From an uncultured Oligoflexus sp. (GTDB lineage Bacteria > Bdellovibrionota_B > Oligoflexia > Oligoflexales > Oligoflexaceae), in the NCBI GenBank assembly GCA_964236955.1, contig CAXSGP010000006.1:21617-85616 (forward strand): DNA of 64,000 bases, read 5' to 3'. Shown one piece after another: positions 48,108 to 57,994 of this stretch (the first letter of the stretch is position 1; every line of letters begins with the position of its first letter). The translations under genes and the position numbers were made by a program. The notes below the pieces were generated by a model, which made no database searches, was not told the origin of the DNA, and saw nothing but the letters and a program-made list of their open reading frames with translations.

Positions 48108-49625
48108 TTAAGCTTCAGCCTTCATTAGCTTAACGAGTTCTCCGCTGAGAAGCCAATCGGCAATCTGCACGATATCCTCATGCAGCGATCGATCGACTTC
48201 CATGCCGGGCGACATCCTGCGCACCGTATCATAGATCTTTTTAAGCCTGATATTGGGCTCGAGCGGCAGCAGCAGGTCCAGTCCCTGACAGGCAGCCAAA
48301 AGTTCAATTGCCAAAATATTCGACAGATTTTTAATGATGCGACGCGCTTTCCAGGCCGCGATGGGCCCCATGCTTACATGGTCCTCTTTGTCGGCGGAGG
48401 TGGGAATGCTATCGACCGAAGCCGGATGCGCCAGGACCTTATTTTCCGACACCAGGGCGGCAGTGACGACATGGGGAATCATATAGCCGGAGTTGAGACC
48501 CCCTTCTTTGATAAGAAAGGCTGGTAAACCACTCATATTGGGATTGGTGAGTTTTTCAGTCCGTCGCTCCGAGATACTGCCAACTTCCGCTGCGGCAATC
48601 GCCAGAAAATCCATGGCCATGGCGATCGGTTCCCCATGGAAATTGCCGCCGCTGATGATATCGCCATCCTCAAAACAGAGCGGGTTATCCGTCACTGAGT
48701 TCAGTTCTATATTCACCTTGGATTCAACATAAGCCAGGGCATCCTGGGCGGCTCCATGAACCTGCGGTGCACAGCGAAAGCTATAAGGATCCTGCACGCG
48801 GGGACAATCGGCATGACTTTCCATAATGGGATCTGGATCCCGGAACATTTCGCGCATGCGCTTGGCACTGGCGATCTGCCCCTCCTGAGGACGAATGCCA
48901 TGAATTCTTTCGTCAAAGGCCCGTGTGGTTCCCCGTAAGGCATCCAAACTCAAAGCGATGATAGAGTCGGCGCTTAGAAAGAGCATCTTCGCTTCTTCAA
49001 CGGCCAATGCGGCAAGCGTGGTCATATACTGAGTGCCATTGATCAGCGACAGGCCTTCTTTGGGGGAAAGCTTAAGGGGCTTTATCCTGCAAATTTCCAG
49101 AGCCTCTTTTGCGGGCATGACTTTGCCCCTATAAAGAACCTTGCCCTCCCCCAGCAAACCAAGCGCCAAATGCGAAAGCGGTGCCAGGTCACCTGAAGCG
49201 CCGACACTGCCCTGACTGGGAATCATCGGCAAAATATCGTGCTGCAGCAGGGCGAGGAGAGTCTGCACGCAGTCGAGCGAAACGCCCGAATTGCCAAGAC
49301 TGAAGGTATGCACACGAAGAAAAAGCATGCCGCGCACCACCTCGGGACTTGCATAATCGCCGACGCCACAGGCATGCGATCGCACCAGGTTTTCCTGCAG
49401 CTGGGTAAGCTTATCGTCTTCAATGCGAACATCGGAGAGATAACCAAAGCCCGTATTGATCCCGTAGATCGTCCGGCCAGACACTAGAGCCTTTTCCACA
49501 AGGGCACGGCATTCATTGATTCTTTTCTGTACGTCTGCCGACAGACTGCCATCGGTTTTTCGATTGACGATTTGGTCGAAGAGTACCGCTGTCGTGAGAT
49601 GATCTTTCCCGAAACTAAAGCTCAT
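48108..49625 (-). CDS. hutH: Histidine ammonia-lyase
   Basis: YGINTGFG, LVRSHACG, GSVGASGDLAP (MIO), LINGTQ, QDPYSFRC, DNPL, GGNFHG, EDHVSMG. Confidence 0.95.
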   Translation of the reverse strand: MSFSFGKDHLTTAVLFDQIVNRKTDGSLSADVQKRINECRALVEKALVSGRTIYGINTGFGYLSDVRIEDDKLTQLQENLVRSHACGVGDYASPEVVRGMLFLRVHTFSLGNSGVSLDCVQTLLALLQHDILPMIPSQGSVGASGDLAPLSHLALGLLGEGKVLYRGKVMPAKEALEICRIKPLKLSPKEGLSLINGTQYMTTLAALAVEEAKMLFLSADSIIALSLDALRGTTRAFDERIHGIRPQEGQIASAKRMREMFRDPDPIMESHADCPRVQDPYSFRCAPQVHGAAQDALAYVESKVNIELNSVTDNPLCFEDGDIISGGNFHGEPIAMAMDFLAIAAAEVGSISERRTEKLTNPNMSGLPAFLIKEGGLNSGYMIPHVVTAALVSENKVLAHPASVDSIPTSADKEDHVSMGPIAAWKARRIIKNLSNILAIELLAACQGLDLLLPLEPNIRLKKIYDTVRRMSPGMEVDRSLHEDIVQIADWLLSGELVKLMKAEA

Positions 49626-50287
49626 CCTATACCTTTCAGGGTATTGAGTGCAGCACGTTTGTCCTTGGCGCCATAGAAGAAGGTGCCAGCGACCAGGACG
49701 TCGGCTCCAGCTTCAATGATAGAGGCGGCCGTCTCGGCGTTGACGCCGCCATCGACTTCAATCAGACAGGCTTTATCGCGCTTTAAATCTCTCAGCATAG
49801 TTTTCAGTCGCCTGAGCCGAGGCAGTGTCTCAGGAATAAATTTCTGCCCACCAAAGCCAGGATTCACTGACATCACGTTGATCAGGTCGAGATAGGGGAG
49901 AAGGCCTTCGATCGCATGAAGGGAGGTTCCCGGGTTGATGGCAACGCCAGCCTTGGCGCCTTTTTCTTGGATCGCATGAATTAATCGGTGCGAATGAATG
50001 ACCGATTCGATGGGAAAGACCAAATAATCAGCGCCCGCCTCCACATAGTCGAGCGCCACCTGATCGGGATTGCTAACCATGATGTGGACATCCAGGGGAA
50101 TCGTCGACTTGGCTTTTAGGGCCTTTACTAAAGGAATTCCAAAGGTGAGATTGGGCACGAAGTGGCCATCCATCACATCGAAGTGATGCCAGTCGACGCC
50201 AAGGTCTTCAGCCTCTTTGAGGTCACGGCCAAAATTTAGAGGGTCGGCCGCCAGCAAAGAAGGGGCGATCAAAATCTTAGCTGTCAT
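49622..50287 (-). CDS. rpe: Ribulose-phosphate 3-epimerase
   Basis: IAPSLL, HFDVMDGHFVPNLTFG, MSVNPGFGGQ, EVDGG. Confidence 0.97.
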   Translation of the reverse strand: MTAKILIAPSLLAADPLNFGRDLKEAEDLGVDWHHFDVMDGHFVPNLTFGIPLVKALKAKSTIPLDVHIMVSNPDQVALDYVEAGADYLVFPIESVIHSHRLIHAIQEKGAKAGVAINPGTSLHAIEGLLPYLDLINVMSVNPGFGGQKFIPETLPRLRRLKTMLRDLKRDKACLIEVDGGVNAETAASIIEAGADVLVAGTFFYGAKDKRAALNTLKGIG

Positions 50288-50840
50288 GTTCCATACCTTC
50301 TGCTTCGAGGCGCTGTCGCTTCAGCACCTTTTTTTTCACGAGCTTTGATTTCAACGGGCTCATGCGGGTGATAAAGACGATCCCATCGATATGATCGATC
50401 TCGTGCTGCAAGCACACCGAAAATAAGCCGTTCGCATGCACCTCAAAGGTCTTGCCGGTCTCATCCTGAGCCGTGACCCAGACTTCGGCCGAACGCTCGA
50501 CATTTTCAAAGATCTCGGGAAAGCTGAGGCAACCCTCTTGGCCCTTGAATTTTCCGCTTTTTTTGCCAATAACAGGATTGACAAAGGTCCAGCGTTTGTC
50601 GTGCCATTCAGCCTTGGCCTCAGGCGCTTCCCCCCGCCGCTCTTCCCAAGGAATACAAATAGTTAGAACACGTTTGGCGACTCCGACCTGATTTGCCGCC
50701 AGGCCGATCCCGCCGGCCTCGTCCATCGTCTCATGCATATCGCGCACGAAAGATAAAAATTCATCGTTGAATTCTGTCACTTCCGTGGATTTTGTTTCCA
50801 AGACTTTAGCGGGCCACTCAACAACTTTTAATACTGTCAT
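50277..50840 (-). CDS. def: Peptide deformylase
   Basis: GIGLAANQVG, EGCLS, QHEIDH. Confidence 0.97.
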   Translation of the reverse strand: MTVLKVVEWPAKVLETKSTEVTEFNDEFLSFVRDMHETMDEAGGIGLAANQVGVAKRVLTICIPWEERRGEAPEAKAEWHDKRWTFVNPVIGKKSGKFKGQEGCLSFPEIFENVERSAEVWVTAQDETGKTFEVHANGLFSVCLQHEIDHIDGIVFITRMSPLKSKLVKKKVLKRQRLEAEGMEHDS

Positions 50841-50994
50841 GGCAAATTCGGCTCCCCGTATCTGCGTTTATGCCAAATAGCCTACTGTGTAGGCTGCCGC
50901 GCTACAAATAGCAACAAAAAAGCATAGTTCGCCTTTGAAAACGAACGCGCTTTTGGAAGGTGATAGCATTGCGAAGAGGCGTCCTGGCTCAAAC

Positions 50995-51252
50995 TTAGAA
51001 TTTTTGGGTTTCAACTTTTTTGGGTAGTTCATTCTCAGTATCTGCCAAGGCCAGGCGTGCCTTATTTTTGACCTCTCTCCAAGCCGTCTTCGCATCGCGC
51101 TGAATAGCGTTGACTATGCTGTTTTCTACCAGCACATCATAGGCGTGATCGAAGAGTAGCCTGTCGCCCAGTGGAATGGATAGCACATATACCCAAATCG
51201 TTCCGTATAAAAGCACGCGTCCGACTTTTTTCAAATGTTCCTTGATGGCCAT
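50995..51252 (-). CDS. Small hypothetical membrane protein
   Basis: AGGAG SD, one TM helix, 85 aa. Confidence 0.65.
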   Translation of the reverse strand: MAIKEHLKKVGRVLLYGTIWVYVLSIPLGDRLLFDHAYDVLVENSIVNAIQRDAKTAWREVKNKARLALADTENELPKKVETQKF

Positions 51253-51272
51253 TCGAAGCTCCTATTTTGCTC

Positions 51273-51308
51273 AAAAAAGAAAAAGCTTCTGAGCGTTGGC
51301 CCAGAAGC
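51273..51308 (-). terminator. Rho-independent terminator after lon
   Basis: On - strand GCTTCTGGGC-CAAC-GCTCAGAAGC followed by TTTTTCTTTTTT. Confidence 0.8.
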
Positions 51309-51344
51309 ACTTATTGCTTAGCTAAATTTTACTCGATCCCGGCC

Positions 51345-53786
51345 TTAACTGGCGAGACTCTTGGGTTCATTGGTGACTTCAAAGGCTTCGATTTTTACGT
51401 CGTGAATCTTGCGATTCTCAAAAAGAATATCAAAAACCTCACTATAATCCTTCACAAAGTGCGCCTTCAGATTTTTTCGCACCTGAATGGGCAGCTCCAT
51501 GAATACCGATTTATTTTTCTCGGGTAACACAACTTCCTTCACACCCTCGCGTATCGCCGCGAGCAGCTTTTCCTTAAGTCCACCAATCGGCAGGACTTTG
51601 CCGTGGATAGTAATCTCACCGGTCATCGCCATGCGCTTGGGCGCCGTGTTGAGAAGCGCCGAGATGATAGCCGTCGCCATCGCGATCCCTGCCGAAGGTC
51701 CATCTTTGGGCACCGCCCCGGCTGGCACGTGGATGTGCAGCTCATTGCGCTCAAGGCGTCCGGCATCAAGACCAAATTCTTCGACTCGCGAGCGAACGAA
51801 ACTGAGGGCTGCCTGCGCTGATTCCTTCATGACTTCGCCTAGCTTGCCGGTCAGGACCAGGTGGTGCTTGCCGGTTGGCACGAGCGAGCATTCGATCGCC
51901 ATGACTTCACCGCCGTACTGGGTGTAGGCAAGGCCGAGGGAGACCCCAGTCTGCGCTTCTTTATGAAAGAAATTATCATCATAACGCTGCGCTCCGAGGT
52001 GGCGCTGTATCAACTGCGGCGTCAGCTTCATGCCTTCGTCGGTGTCCCACATATCGGTTTGCTCGGCATAAATCCGGGCTAACTTTCGGCACACCGAGGC
52101 GATCTTTTTATCAAGGCTTCGCAGTCCACTCTCGCGGGTGTAGCCGTTGATGATGGTTGCTACCGAGTTTTTGGAAAAAAGGACATTGGCTTTATCAAGG
52201 CCGGCTTCTTTCAGCTGCTTGGGAATCAGGTACTGATTGGCAATCGCCAGTTTTTCTTCTTCCGAATAGCCTGAGACATCGATGATTTCCAGACGATCGC
52301 GCAACGGCGCCGGGATGGTGTCGAGCGTGTTGGCATTGGCAATAAACATGATATCGGAAAGGTCGAAGGGGACCCCGAGATAATGATCGACGAAGGCATG
52401 GTTTTGCTGAGGATCGAGAACCTCGAGCAGTGCCGACGACGGATCACCGCGATGATCGGAAGCCATCTTATCAATCTCATCCAACATAACGACGGGATTC
52501 GAAGAACCTGAGTTTTTTATCGCGGTAATAATGCGGCCTGGAAAAGCGCCGACGTAAGTCTTCCGATGCCCACGGATATCCGCTTCGTCACGCACGCCGC
52601 CCAAGGCAATCCGGGCAAATTCACGACCGAGGGATTTGGCTATGGAACGGCCGAGGCTTGTTTTGCCCACTCCCGGTGGTCCTACAAAACAGACGATCGG
52701 GCTTTTGGCTTCGGGATTGAGTTTTTTCACGGCCAGGTATTCGAGGATGCGGTCTTTGACCTGTTCGAGGCCGAAGTGATCGTCGTCAAGGATTTCCTTG
52801 GCTTTTTTAAGGTTAAGGCTATCGACGTTCTTTTTGCCCCAAGGCAAAGCCAAAACCGTTTCGATATGGGTGCGGGTAAGGGCTGCTTCGCTGGTGTCCT
52901 GATGCATACGCTCCAGACGTTTCACCTGCCGCGTCAGCTCCTCGCGCGCTTCTTTGTTGAGCGGCAACGCCTCCATCTTTTGCCAGTATTGATCGAGTTC
53001 GTCTTTGCCGTCGTTATCGCCAAGCTCTGACTTGATCACTCGCATCTGCTCACGCAGATAGTGCTCGCGCTGCATGCGGCCGATTTCGTCTTTGGCGTGC
53101 GATTGGATGCGAACCTGCATCTGATAGACTTCGATTTCCCGCGACAGACATGTGTAGACGCGTTTGAGGCGATCGAGCGGCTGATGGATCGCAAGGATCG
53201 CCTGAGCTTCGTGCACCTTAAGCCCCAGGTTGGAGGCGACCAGGTCGGCGAGGCGACCCGGCTCATTTACATCTTCGAGTATCATCAGGATATCGGGCGA
53301 AAGGACTTTGCCTAAGGCGACCACTTTTTCAAGACTATCTCTTACCGAACGAATCAGGGCTTCGACTTCGCTTGAATTACTGGTGACCTTGGCCTCCTGT
53401 ATCGTTTGCACAAAGACCTTGGGATAGGGCTCCGATTCGATAAGCTCTTTGACGGAAGCTTTATGAAGCCCCTGGACAAGTACTTTCATGCGACCATCGG
53501 GAAGCTTTCGCGTTCTCATGATGGTACAGACAGTGCCTATATCATAGACGTCAAAGGGCGGCTCAAGCTTGGCCTCAAGTCCCTCGCCTTCGTGCCCCAC
53601 GACTTTGAATGCCGAAAGAAAGATCTTTCTCTGCTTCGCCATCGCGCTTTCAACAGCATTGATGCAAAGATCTTCATTGATGAAGACCGGGACAATCATG
53701 TTGGGGAAGACCACTATATCTTTAAGTGGCAGCAGCGGCATTTCGCTGTTACTGACCGTGAGTTTACCTGCGTTCGGATCCGTCAT
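51345..53786 (-). CDS. lon: ATP-dependent protease La
   Basis: LPLKDIVVFP, GPPGVGKTS, IRGHRKTYVGA, LDEIDK, PKDGPSAG, IGGLKEK. Confidence 0.97.
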   Translation of the reverse strand: MTDPNAGKLTVSNSEMPLLPLKDIVVFPNMIVPVFINEDLCINAVESAMAKQRKIFLSAFKVVGHEGEGLEAKLEPPFDVYDIGTVCTIMRTRKLPDGRMKVLVQGLHKASVKELIESEPYPKVFVQTIQEAKVTSNSSEVEALIRSVRDSLEKVVALGKVLSPDILMILEDVNEPGRLADLVASNLGLKVHEAQAILAIHQPLDRLKRVYTCLSREIEVYQMQVRIQSHAKDEIGRMQREHYLREQMRVIKSELGDNDGKDELDQYWQKMEALPLNKEAREELTRQVKRLERMHQDTSEAALTRTHIETVLALPWGKKNVDSLNLKKAKEILDDDHFGLEQVKDRILEYLAVKKLNPEAKSPIVCFVGPPGVGKTSLGRSIAKSLGREFARIALGGVRDEADIRGHRKTYVGAFPGRIITAIKNSGSSNPVVMLDEIDKMASDHRGDPSSALLEVLDPQQNHAFVDHYLGVPFDLSDIMFIANANTLDTIPAPLRDRLEIIDVSGYSEEEKLAIANQYLIPKQLKEAGLDKANVLFSKNSVATIINGYTRESGLRSLDKKIASVCRKLARIYAEQTDMWDTDEGMKLTPQLIQRHLGAQRYDDNFFHKEAQTGVSLGLAYTQYGGEVMAIECSLVPTGKHHLVLTGKLGEVMKESAQAALSFVRSRVEEFGLDAGRLERNELHIHVPAGAVPKDGPSAGIAMATAIISALLNTAPKRMAMTGEITIHGKVLPIGGLKEKLLAAIREGVKEVVLPEKNKSVFMELPIQVRKNLKAHFVKDYSEVFDILFENRKIHDVKIEAFEVTNEPKSLAS

Positions 53787-53905
53787 ACATGACTCCCATT
53801 TGAGAGGACTATTTTCACAACACTCTTATATTTTCGGACCGAAGGCCAACAAACCTTAGCCCATGAGCTGTAAAGGAAGAAATCTCTGCTTGGGGCTACT
53901 TGAAG

Positions 53906-54307
53906 TTAGTCTGAAATCTGTAAGATTATCAGGAGATCACCAGCAGCATCGTCACGTCGATCACCGAGACCAGGATATTTCAAGACAATCTTGTCTCTCA
54001 GGTTTTGGCAGAGTTCGATTTCGCATTCGAACTTTTCCCGCCGCTCAATTCGTCGCCCACCCGTGGAGTTTTCTATGATGGTCCGACTGAGTTTGATCAT
54101 TGCTTTTGGGGTTTGGCTTAACTGAGACCGCTTGATTTTAAGGGGATACAGCAGGTCGAGTCGGTTATGGTTGTCTTGCCAAGCTTCGAAGCTGATCTCT
54201 TCGATTTTAAATTTGGCACAAAACGCTCGGACATCCTTGTCTTCATCTTCATGAGAGGAAGCCTCAGCTGAAGATTGATCTCCATTACACCCGAGCTTCC
54301 TCTTCAC
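53906..54307 (-). CDS. Protein resembling only the DnaJ C-terminal subdomain
   Basis: IVLKYPGLGD.....AGDLLIIL; AGGA SD before GTG; no HPD motif. Confidence 0.6.
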   Translation of the reverse strand: MKRKLGCNGDQSSAEASSHEDEDKDVRAFCAKFKIEEISFEAWQDNHNRLDLLYPLKIKRSQLSQTPKAMIKLSRTIIENSTGGRRIERREKFECEIELCQNLRDKIVLKYPGLGDRRDDAAGDLLIILQISD

Positions 54308-54318
54308 GATTATATTCC

Positions 54319-54861
54319 TTAAGAACTCTTAGGGACAGACACACTCACCATGGAGGGTCGAACGAGGCGACCATTCAAAGTATATCCCTTTTGGAATTCT
54401 TCTCGCACTGTCTCTTCGCTGACATCCTCTTCAAGGCGTTGGATGCCCTGATGCAGATTGGGATCGAAGGCACTGCCGACCGATTGCACGGCTTTCAGGC
54501 CATGCTGCTCGAGGACGGACGTAAATTGTTTGTGGACCATCTTCACACCCTCAACAACCGGGTTCGTTTGACCCTCTGCTGAAGCCAAGGCCTTGTCGAG
54601 GCTGTCGAGGACGGGCAAAAGTTCCTGCAGCAGTTTCTCTGTACCATATTTAAGCAGGTCAACCCGTTCCTTCTCCTGCCGCCGGCGCATGTTTTCCATG
54701 TCAGCAGCTTGACGCAGGTAACGGTCCTTGGCATCCAAAAGTTGTTCTTCGAGTTTTCTGACCAGGGCAGAGCTATCTTCTTCAGGCGTACCATTCGAAG
54801 GCTTGCCAAGTTCCTCTTCGAAAGAACCGCTATTGTTTTCGTTATGAGTCTCGACGTTCAT
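54319..54861 (-). CDS. grpE: Nucleotide exchange factor GrpE
   Basis: YLRQAADMENMRRR, LLPVLDSL, FDPNLHQ, QKGY.LNGRLVRP.MV.V. Confidence 0.96.
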   Translation of the reverse strand: MNVETHNENNSGSFEEELGKPSNGTPEEDSSALVRKLEEQLLDAKDRYLRQAADMENMRRRQEKERVDLLKYGTEKLLQELLPVLDSLDKALASAEGQTNPVVEGVKMVHKQFTSVLEQHGLKAVQSVGSAFDPNLHQGIQRLEEDVSEETVREEFQKGYTLNGRLVRPSMVSVSVPKSS

Positions 54862-55201
54862 AAGTGCTCCAAGCATTGCGTTGATCAGGTCTCTTTTTAC
54901 CCTGCGAGTCATCGAACCGCAAGGCCTTGTCAACACTGGCTGAGCGCGTTGAAGCCGGGTGAGCAGCGTTATTGACCTGCTTTTTTGACGCTTGTCTTAT
55001 TATTAATAGTAAAGATATTTTGCCCAAGAGAAAAGTAGGCAAGTCTTCCCTAGCAGGCTTCCTAAAAGTTTCGCGCCCTTGGCCATTGACAGTAGGGAAG
55101 CGCTTGCGTTAAATCTTTCTTCACTCAAAAACGCAATGGTTTTCGATCCCTGTGACTTAAACCAAAGCATCGCCCGCAGCACCTGGAATCCGAGTTGACC
55201 T

Positions 55202-55570
55202 ATGGATACGCCTGTTGAAGTTATGCCTTCTGAATCGAATGCTCATGGTAACGCTAACGCCTCGAACGAGACGAGCAAGCGCCTCTCCGCGCTTGCTCGG
55301 CGAGGCATACACATCGAGGACGCTGACCTGATCACGCGATTGGATCAGTACTCGATTGAAGATGTTGTGGAGCTGAAGATTTCACGATTCTTCGATCAGA
55401 TTGGTACTTTTTACCCAGAAGACGTCTATGACCTTCTGATGTCTAAGGTGGAAAAGCCACTTTTGATACAGATTCTGCGTAGGGTCGGTGGGAATCAAGT
55501 TCAAGCCGCGAAAATTCTCGGAATAAATCGCAACACGCTGCGCAAAAAGATCAAGCAGTACGGATTGTAA
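55202..55570 (+). CDS. Fis-family DNA-binding protein
   Basis: YDLLMSKVEKPLL.......GNQVQAAKILGINRNTLRKKIKQYGL. Confidence 0.88.
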   Translation: MDTPVEVMPSESNAHGNANASNETSKRLSALARRGIHIEDADLITRLDQYSIEDVVELKISRFFDQIGTFYPEDVYDLLMSKVEKPLLIQILRRVGGNQVQAAKILGINRNTLRKKIKQYGL

Positions 55571-55575
55571 ACCGT

Positions 55576-55599
55576 GAAGGCTCTCTCGAAGGAGCCTTC
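55576..55599. terminator. Hairpin between convergent Fis-family gene and dnaB
   Basis: GAAGGCTC-N8-GAGCCTTC. Confidence 0.5.
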
Positions 55600-56949
55600 T
55601 TACTCTCCGGGATCACTCATGGACCCACCTTCCTGGAAGAGATTCTGGAAGGATACGTAGTGAGGCTGGTAGGCTAATTTCAGAGTCTTTAACGCACCGT
55701 GGCGGTTCTTAGCGATAAGGAGCTCGGCAATGCCGGTGAGTTCTGAATTTGGGTTATAGTATTCATCTCGGTAGATAAACATAATCATATCGGCATCCTG
55801 CTCCATTGAACCGGATTCTCGCAAGTCCGAGAGCTTGGGTCTCTTGTCAGGTCTTTGTTCCACACCCCGGTTCAGCTGCGCCAAAGCAATGACGGGAATA
55901 TGAAGCTCTTTGGCCAGGTTTTTTAAGCCCATCGAGATTTCCGAAATCTCGCGTTCCCGACTTTCTGATTTACCTGTGCCTGCCGTCATCAGCTGCAGGT
56001 AGTCGATGATGACCATATCGAGACCATTTTCTTTGTGGTAACGGCGACAGCGCGAGCGCAGTTCCATGAGCGAGATGCCTGGCGTCTCATCGATACCCAG
56101 GTAGTCCTTTTTCTCATAGATGCGCCGCGCGCCCTCCATCAGGCGGTCCTGCTCCTCATCGGTAAGATCACCCTTGCGTAGGCGTGAAGAATCGACCCGA
56201 GAAATTGACGCTAGAATACGCGACATCAACTGCTCCTTACTCATCTCCAAAGTAAAGACGGCAACCTTCTGCCCAGCCATGGCCGCATTCGAGGCTATAT
56301 TCAGCACAAAAGCCGTCTTACCCATACCGGGGCGGGCGGCGAGAATGATCAGGTCACTGCCCTGCATTCCCCCCGTAAGGCTATCGAGATCGATAAAGCC
56401 CGTGGTGACCCCGGTCACGGACCCATCTGTTTCCAGTTTGCGTTGGATCTCCTCAATGGTCGACTCCAGCACAACGTCGGCTTTTAGGATGCCCTTTCGA
56501 TCGTATTCGGTGGAAATGCTGAGAAACTGTTTTTCCACCTGTTCGATGAAGGTTTCAATGCGGCCTTCGTACGAAGAGGCCTGTTCGACGACATCCTGAC
56601 AAACACGAATTATCGTTCGGCGATAAAAGTGATTCCTCACAATTTGCGCGTAATGCTCTAAGTTTTGCGAGACCGGGCTATTTTCAGTCAACTCGATAAG
56701 ATAGGCGGCACCGATGTCTTTGACCTTGTTTTGTCGCAGTTTTTCCGTGACGGTGACGATATCGGCAGCTTCGCCGGCGGCCGAGAGTTCGAGTATGGCT
56801 TGATAGATTTTTTGATGGGAATCGAGAAAATAGTGCTTGGCCGCAAGGCTTCCTTCGATCGCTGTAAGGGAGTCAGCATCACTCAGGATAGCACCGAGTA
56901 CCGCTTTTTCGGCATCGATAGAATGCGGCAGCGCTTGTCCTGATGCCAT
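55600..56949 (-). CDS. dnaB: Replicative DNA helicase
   Basis: PHSIDAEKAVLG, AARPGMGKT, LEMS, IDYLQLM, QLNR, SDLRESGSMEQDAD, KNRHG. Confidence 0.97.
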   Translation of the reverse strand: MASGQALPHSIDAEKAVLGAILSDADSLTAIEGSLAAKHYFLDSHQKIYQAILELSAAGEAADIVTVTEKLRQNKVKDIGAAYLIELTENSPVSQNLEHYAQIVRNHFYRRTIIRVCQDVVEQASSYEGRIETFIEQVEKQFLSISTEYDRKGILKADVVLESTIEEIQRKLETDGSVTGVTTGFIDLDSLTGGMQGSDLIILAARPGMGKTAFVLNIASNAAMAGQKVAVFTLEMSKEQLMSRILASISRVDSSRLRKGDLTDEEQDRLMEGARRIYEKKDYLGIDETPGISLMELRSRCRRYHKENGLDMVIIDYLQLMTAGTGKSESREREISEISMGLKNLAKELHIPVIALAQLNRGVEQRPDKRPKLSDLRESGSMEQDADMIMFIYRDEYYNPNSELTGIAELLIAKNRHGALKTLKLAYQPHYVSFQNLFQEGGSMSDPGE

Positions 56950-57101
56950 GGGGAGGTCTCGAACGAACTAAGGAGTGAAGCACAAAGTAACGACTATTCG
57001 TTAGACTAAAGATAGGGGGATCTGAGGAGATTCACAACCAACAATTTAGAACAAATCCACGCACTCGTAACTGAGCACAAGTGCGTGAAATAGCTTAACT
57101 A

Positions 57102-57548
57102 TTACTGAGCAGCCACAACCCAAATTTTGAACTTTGCAGTCACCTCGGGGTGGACTCGGACTTCCGCCGAATAAACGCCGACTTTCTTAATGTCTTCCGA
57201 AAGTTTGATGTCCTTTTTACTGACTTTGACACCTTCAGCAGCCAAGAGTTCTTCGAGTTCAGTGGTAGTCACGGAACCAAAAATTCTTTCATCTTCGCCC
57301 ACTTGCTTGGTAACCGTGACGGAGATTTTCTCAATGTTAGCAGCCGCTTTTTTCGCTTCGCCGAGGATAAGAGCTTTCTTCTTATCGAGGAGGCGGAGTT
57401 GATGATTCAAAGCGGACTGATTGCCTTCATTTGCAACCAGGCCAAGGCCGCGAGGAATCAAAAAGTTACGAGCATATCCGTTCTTAACTTTAACCAACTC
57501 ACCGATTCGGCCCAAGTTTTCAACATTCTGGCTTAAGATCAATTTCAT
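57102..57548 (-). CDS. rplI: 50S ribosomal protein L9
   Basis: LGRIGELVKVKNGYARNFLIP, IFGSVT, IKKVG. Confidence 0.97.
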   Translation of the reverse strand: MKLILSQNVENLGRIGELVKVKNGYARNFLIPRGLGLVANEGNQSALNHQLRLLDKKKALILGEAKKAAANIEKISVTVTKQVGEDERIFGSVTTTELEELLAAEGVKVSKKDIKLSEDIKKVGVYSAEVRVHPEVTAKFKIWVVAAQ

Positions 57549-57551
57549 TGC

Positions 57552-57917
57552 TTATCTCTCCTCAGCTTGACGCTGAGACGCAGCCGCTGCTTTTGCAAGT
57601 TCGACTTTACGTGCTTCAACATCTACTTTGTCGCCAATTTTGATGACGAGGTAGCGCAGAATGTTTTCGTCGATCCGAAGAAGGCGCTCACACTCGGCAA
57701 TGCTTGCCGGAGAACTTGCGGTATCGTAAAACATGAAATGACCACGAAAGTTCTTGCGAATTGGGAAAGCCATGCGCTTCGAACCCCAATCATCACGCTT
57801 CACGAACTCGCCGCCATCACGCTTGAGGATCTCTTCGTATCCTGCAAAAATCTTTTGCTTGTCTGCGTCTGGTAAATCAGCTTTAGCCACAACTGTAAAT
57901 TCATATTCGCGTAACAA
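57552..57917 (-). CDS. rpsF: 30S ribosomal protein S6
   Basis: REYE, WGSKRMAFPIRK..RGHF, LRIDENILRYL; TTG start after GGGAGGT. Confidence 0.95.
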   Translation of the reverse strand: MLREYEFTVVAKADLPDADKQKIFAGYEEILKRDGGEFVKRDDWGSKRMAFPIRKNFRGHFMFYDTASSPASIAECERLLRIDENILRYLVIKIGDKVDVEARKVELAKAAAASQRQAEER

Positions 57918-57923
57918 AATAAT

Positions 57924-57974
57924 ACCTCCCTTATGGATTGAGCAGCCAACCCCGTGACGGGCCAGCAAGAGAGC
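57924..57974 (-). promoter_or_regulatory. Putative S6:S18-type rpsF leader RNA
   Basis: CTCTCTT pairs with SD-containing AAGGGAG, enclosing hairpin GCTGGCCC/GGGTTGGC and an unpaired CCA. Confidence 0.5.
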
Positions 57975-57994
57975 TCATTCTTAACTTTAATTAT

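Noticed and set aside
54862..55200. CIRCE operator upstream of grpE
   Set aside because: No TTAGCACTC-N9-GAGTGCTAA inverted repeat found by eye
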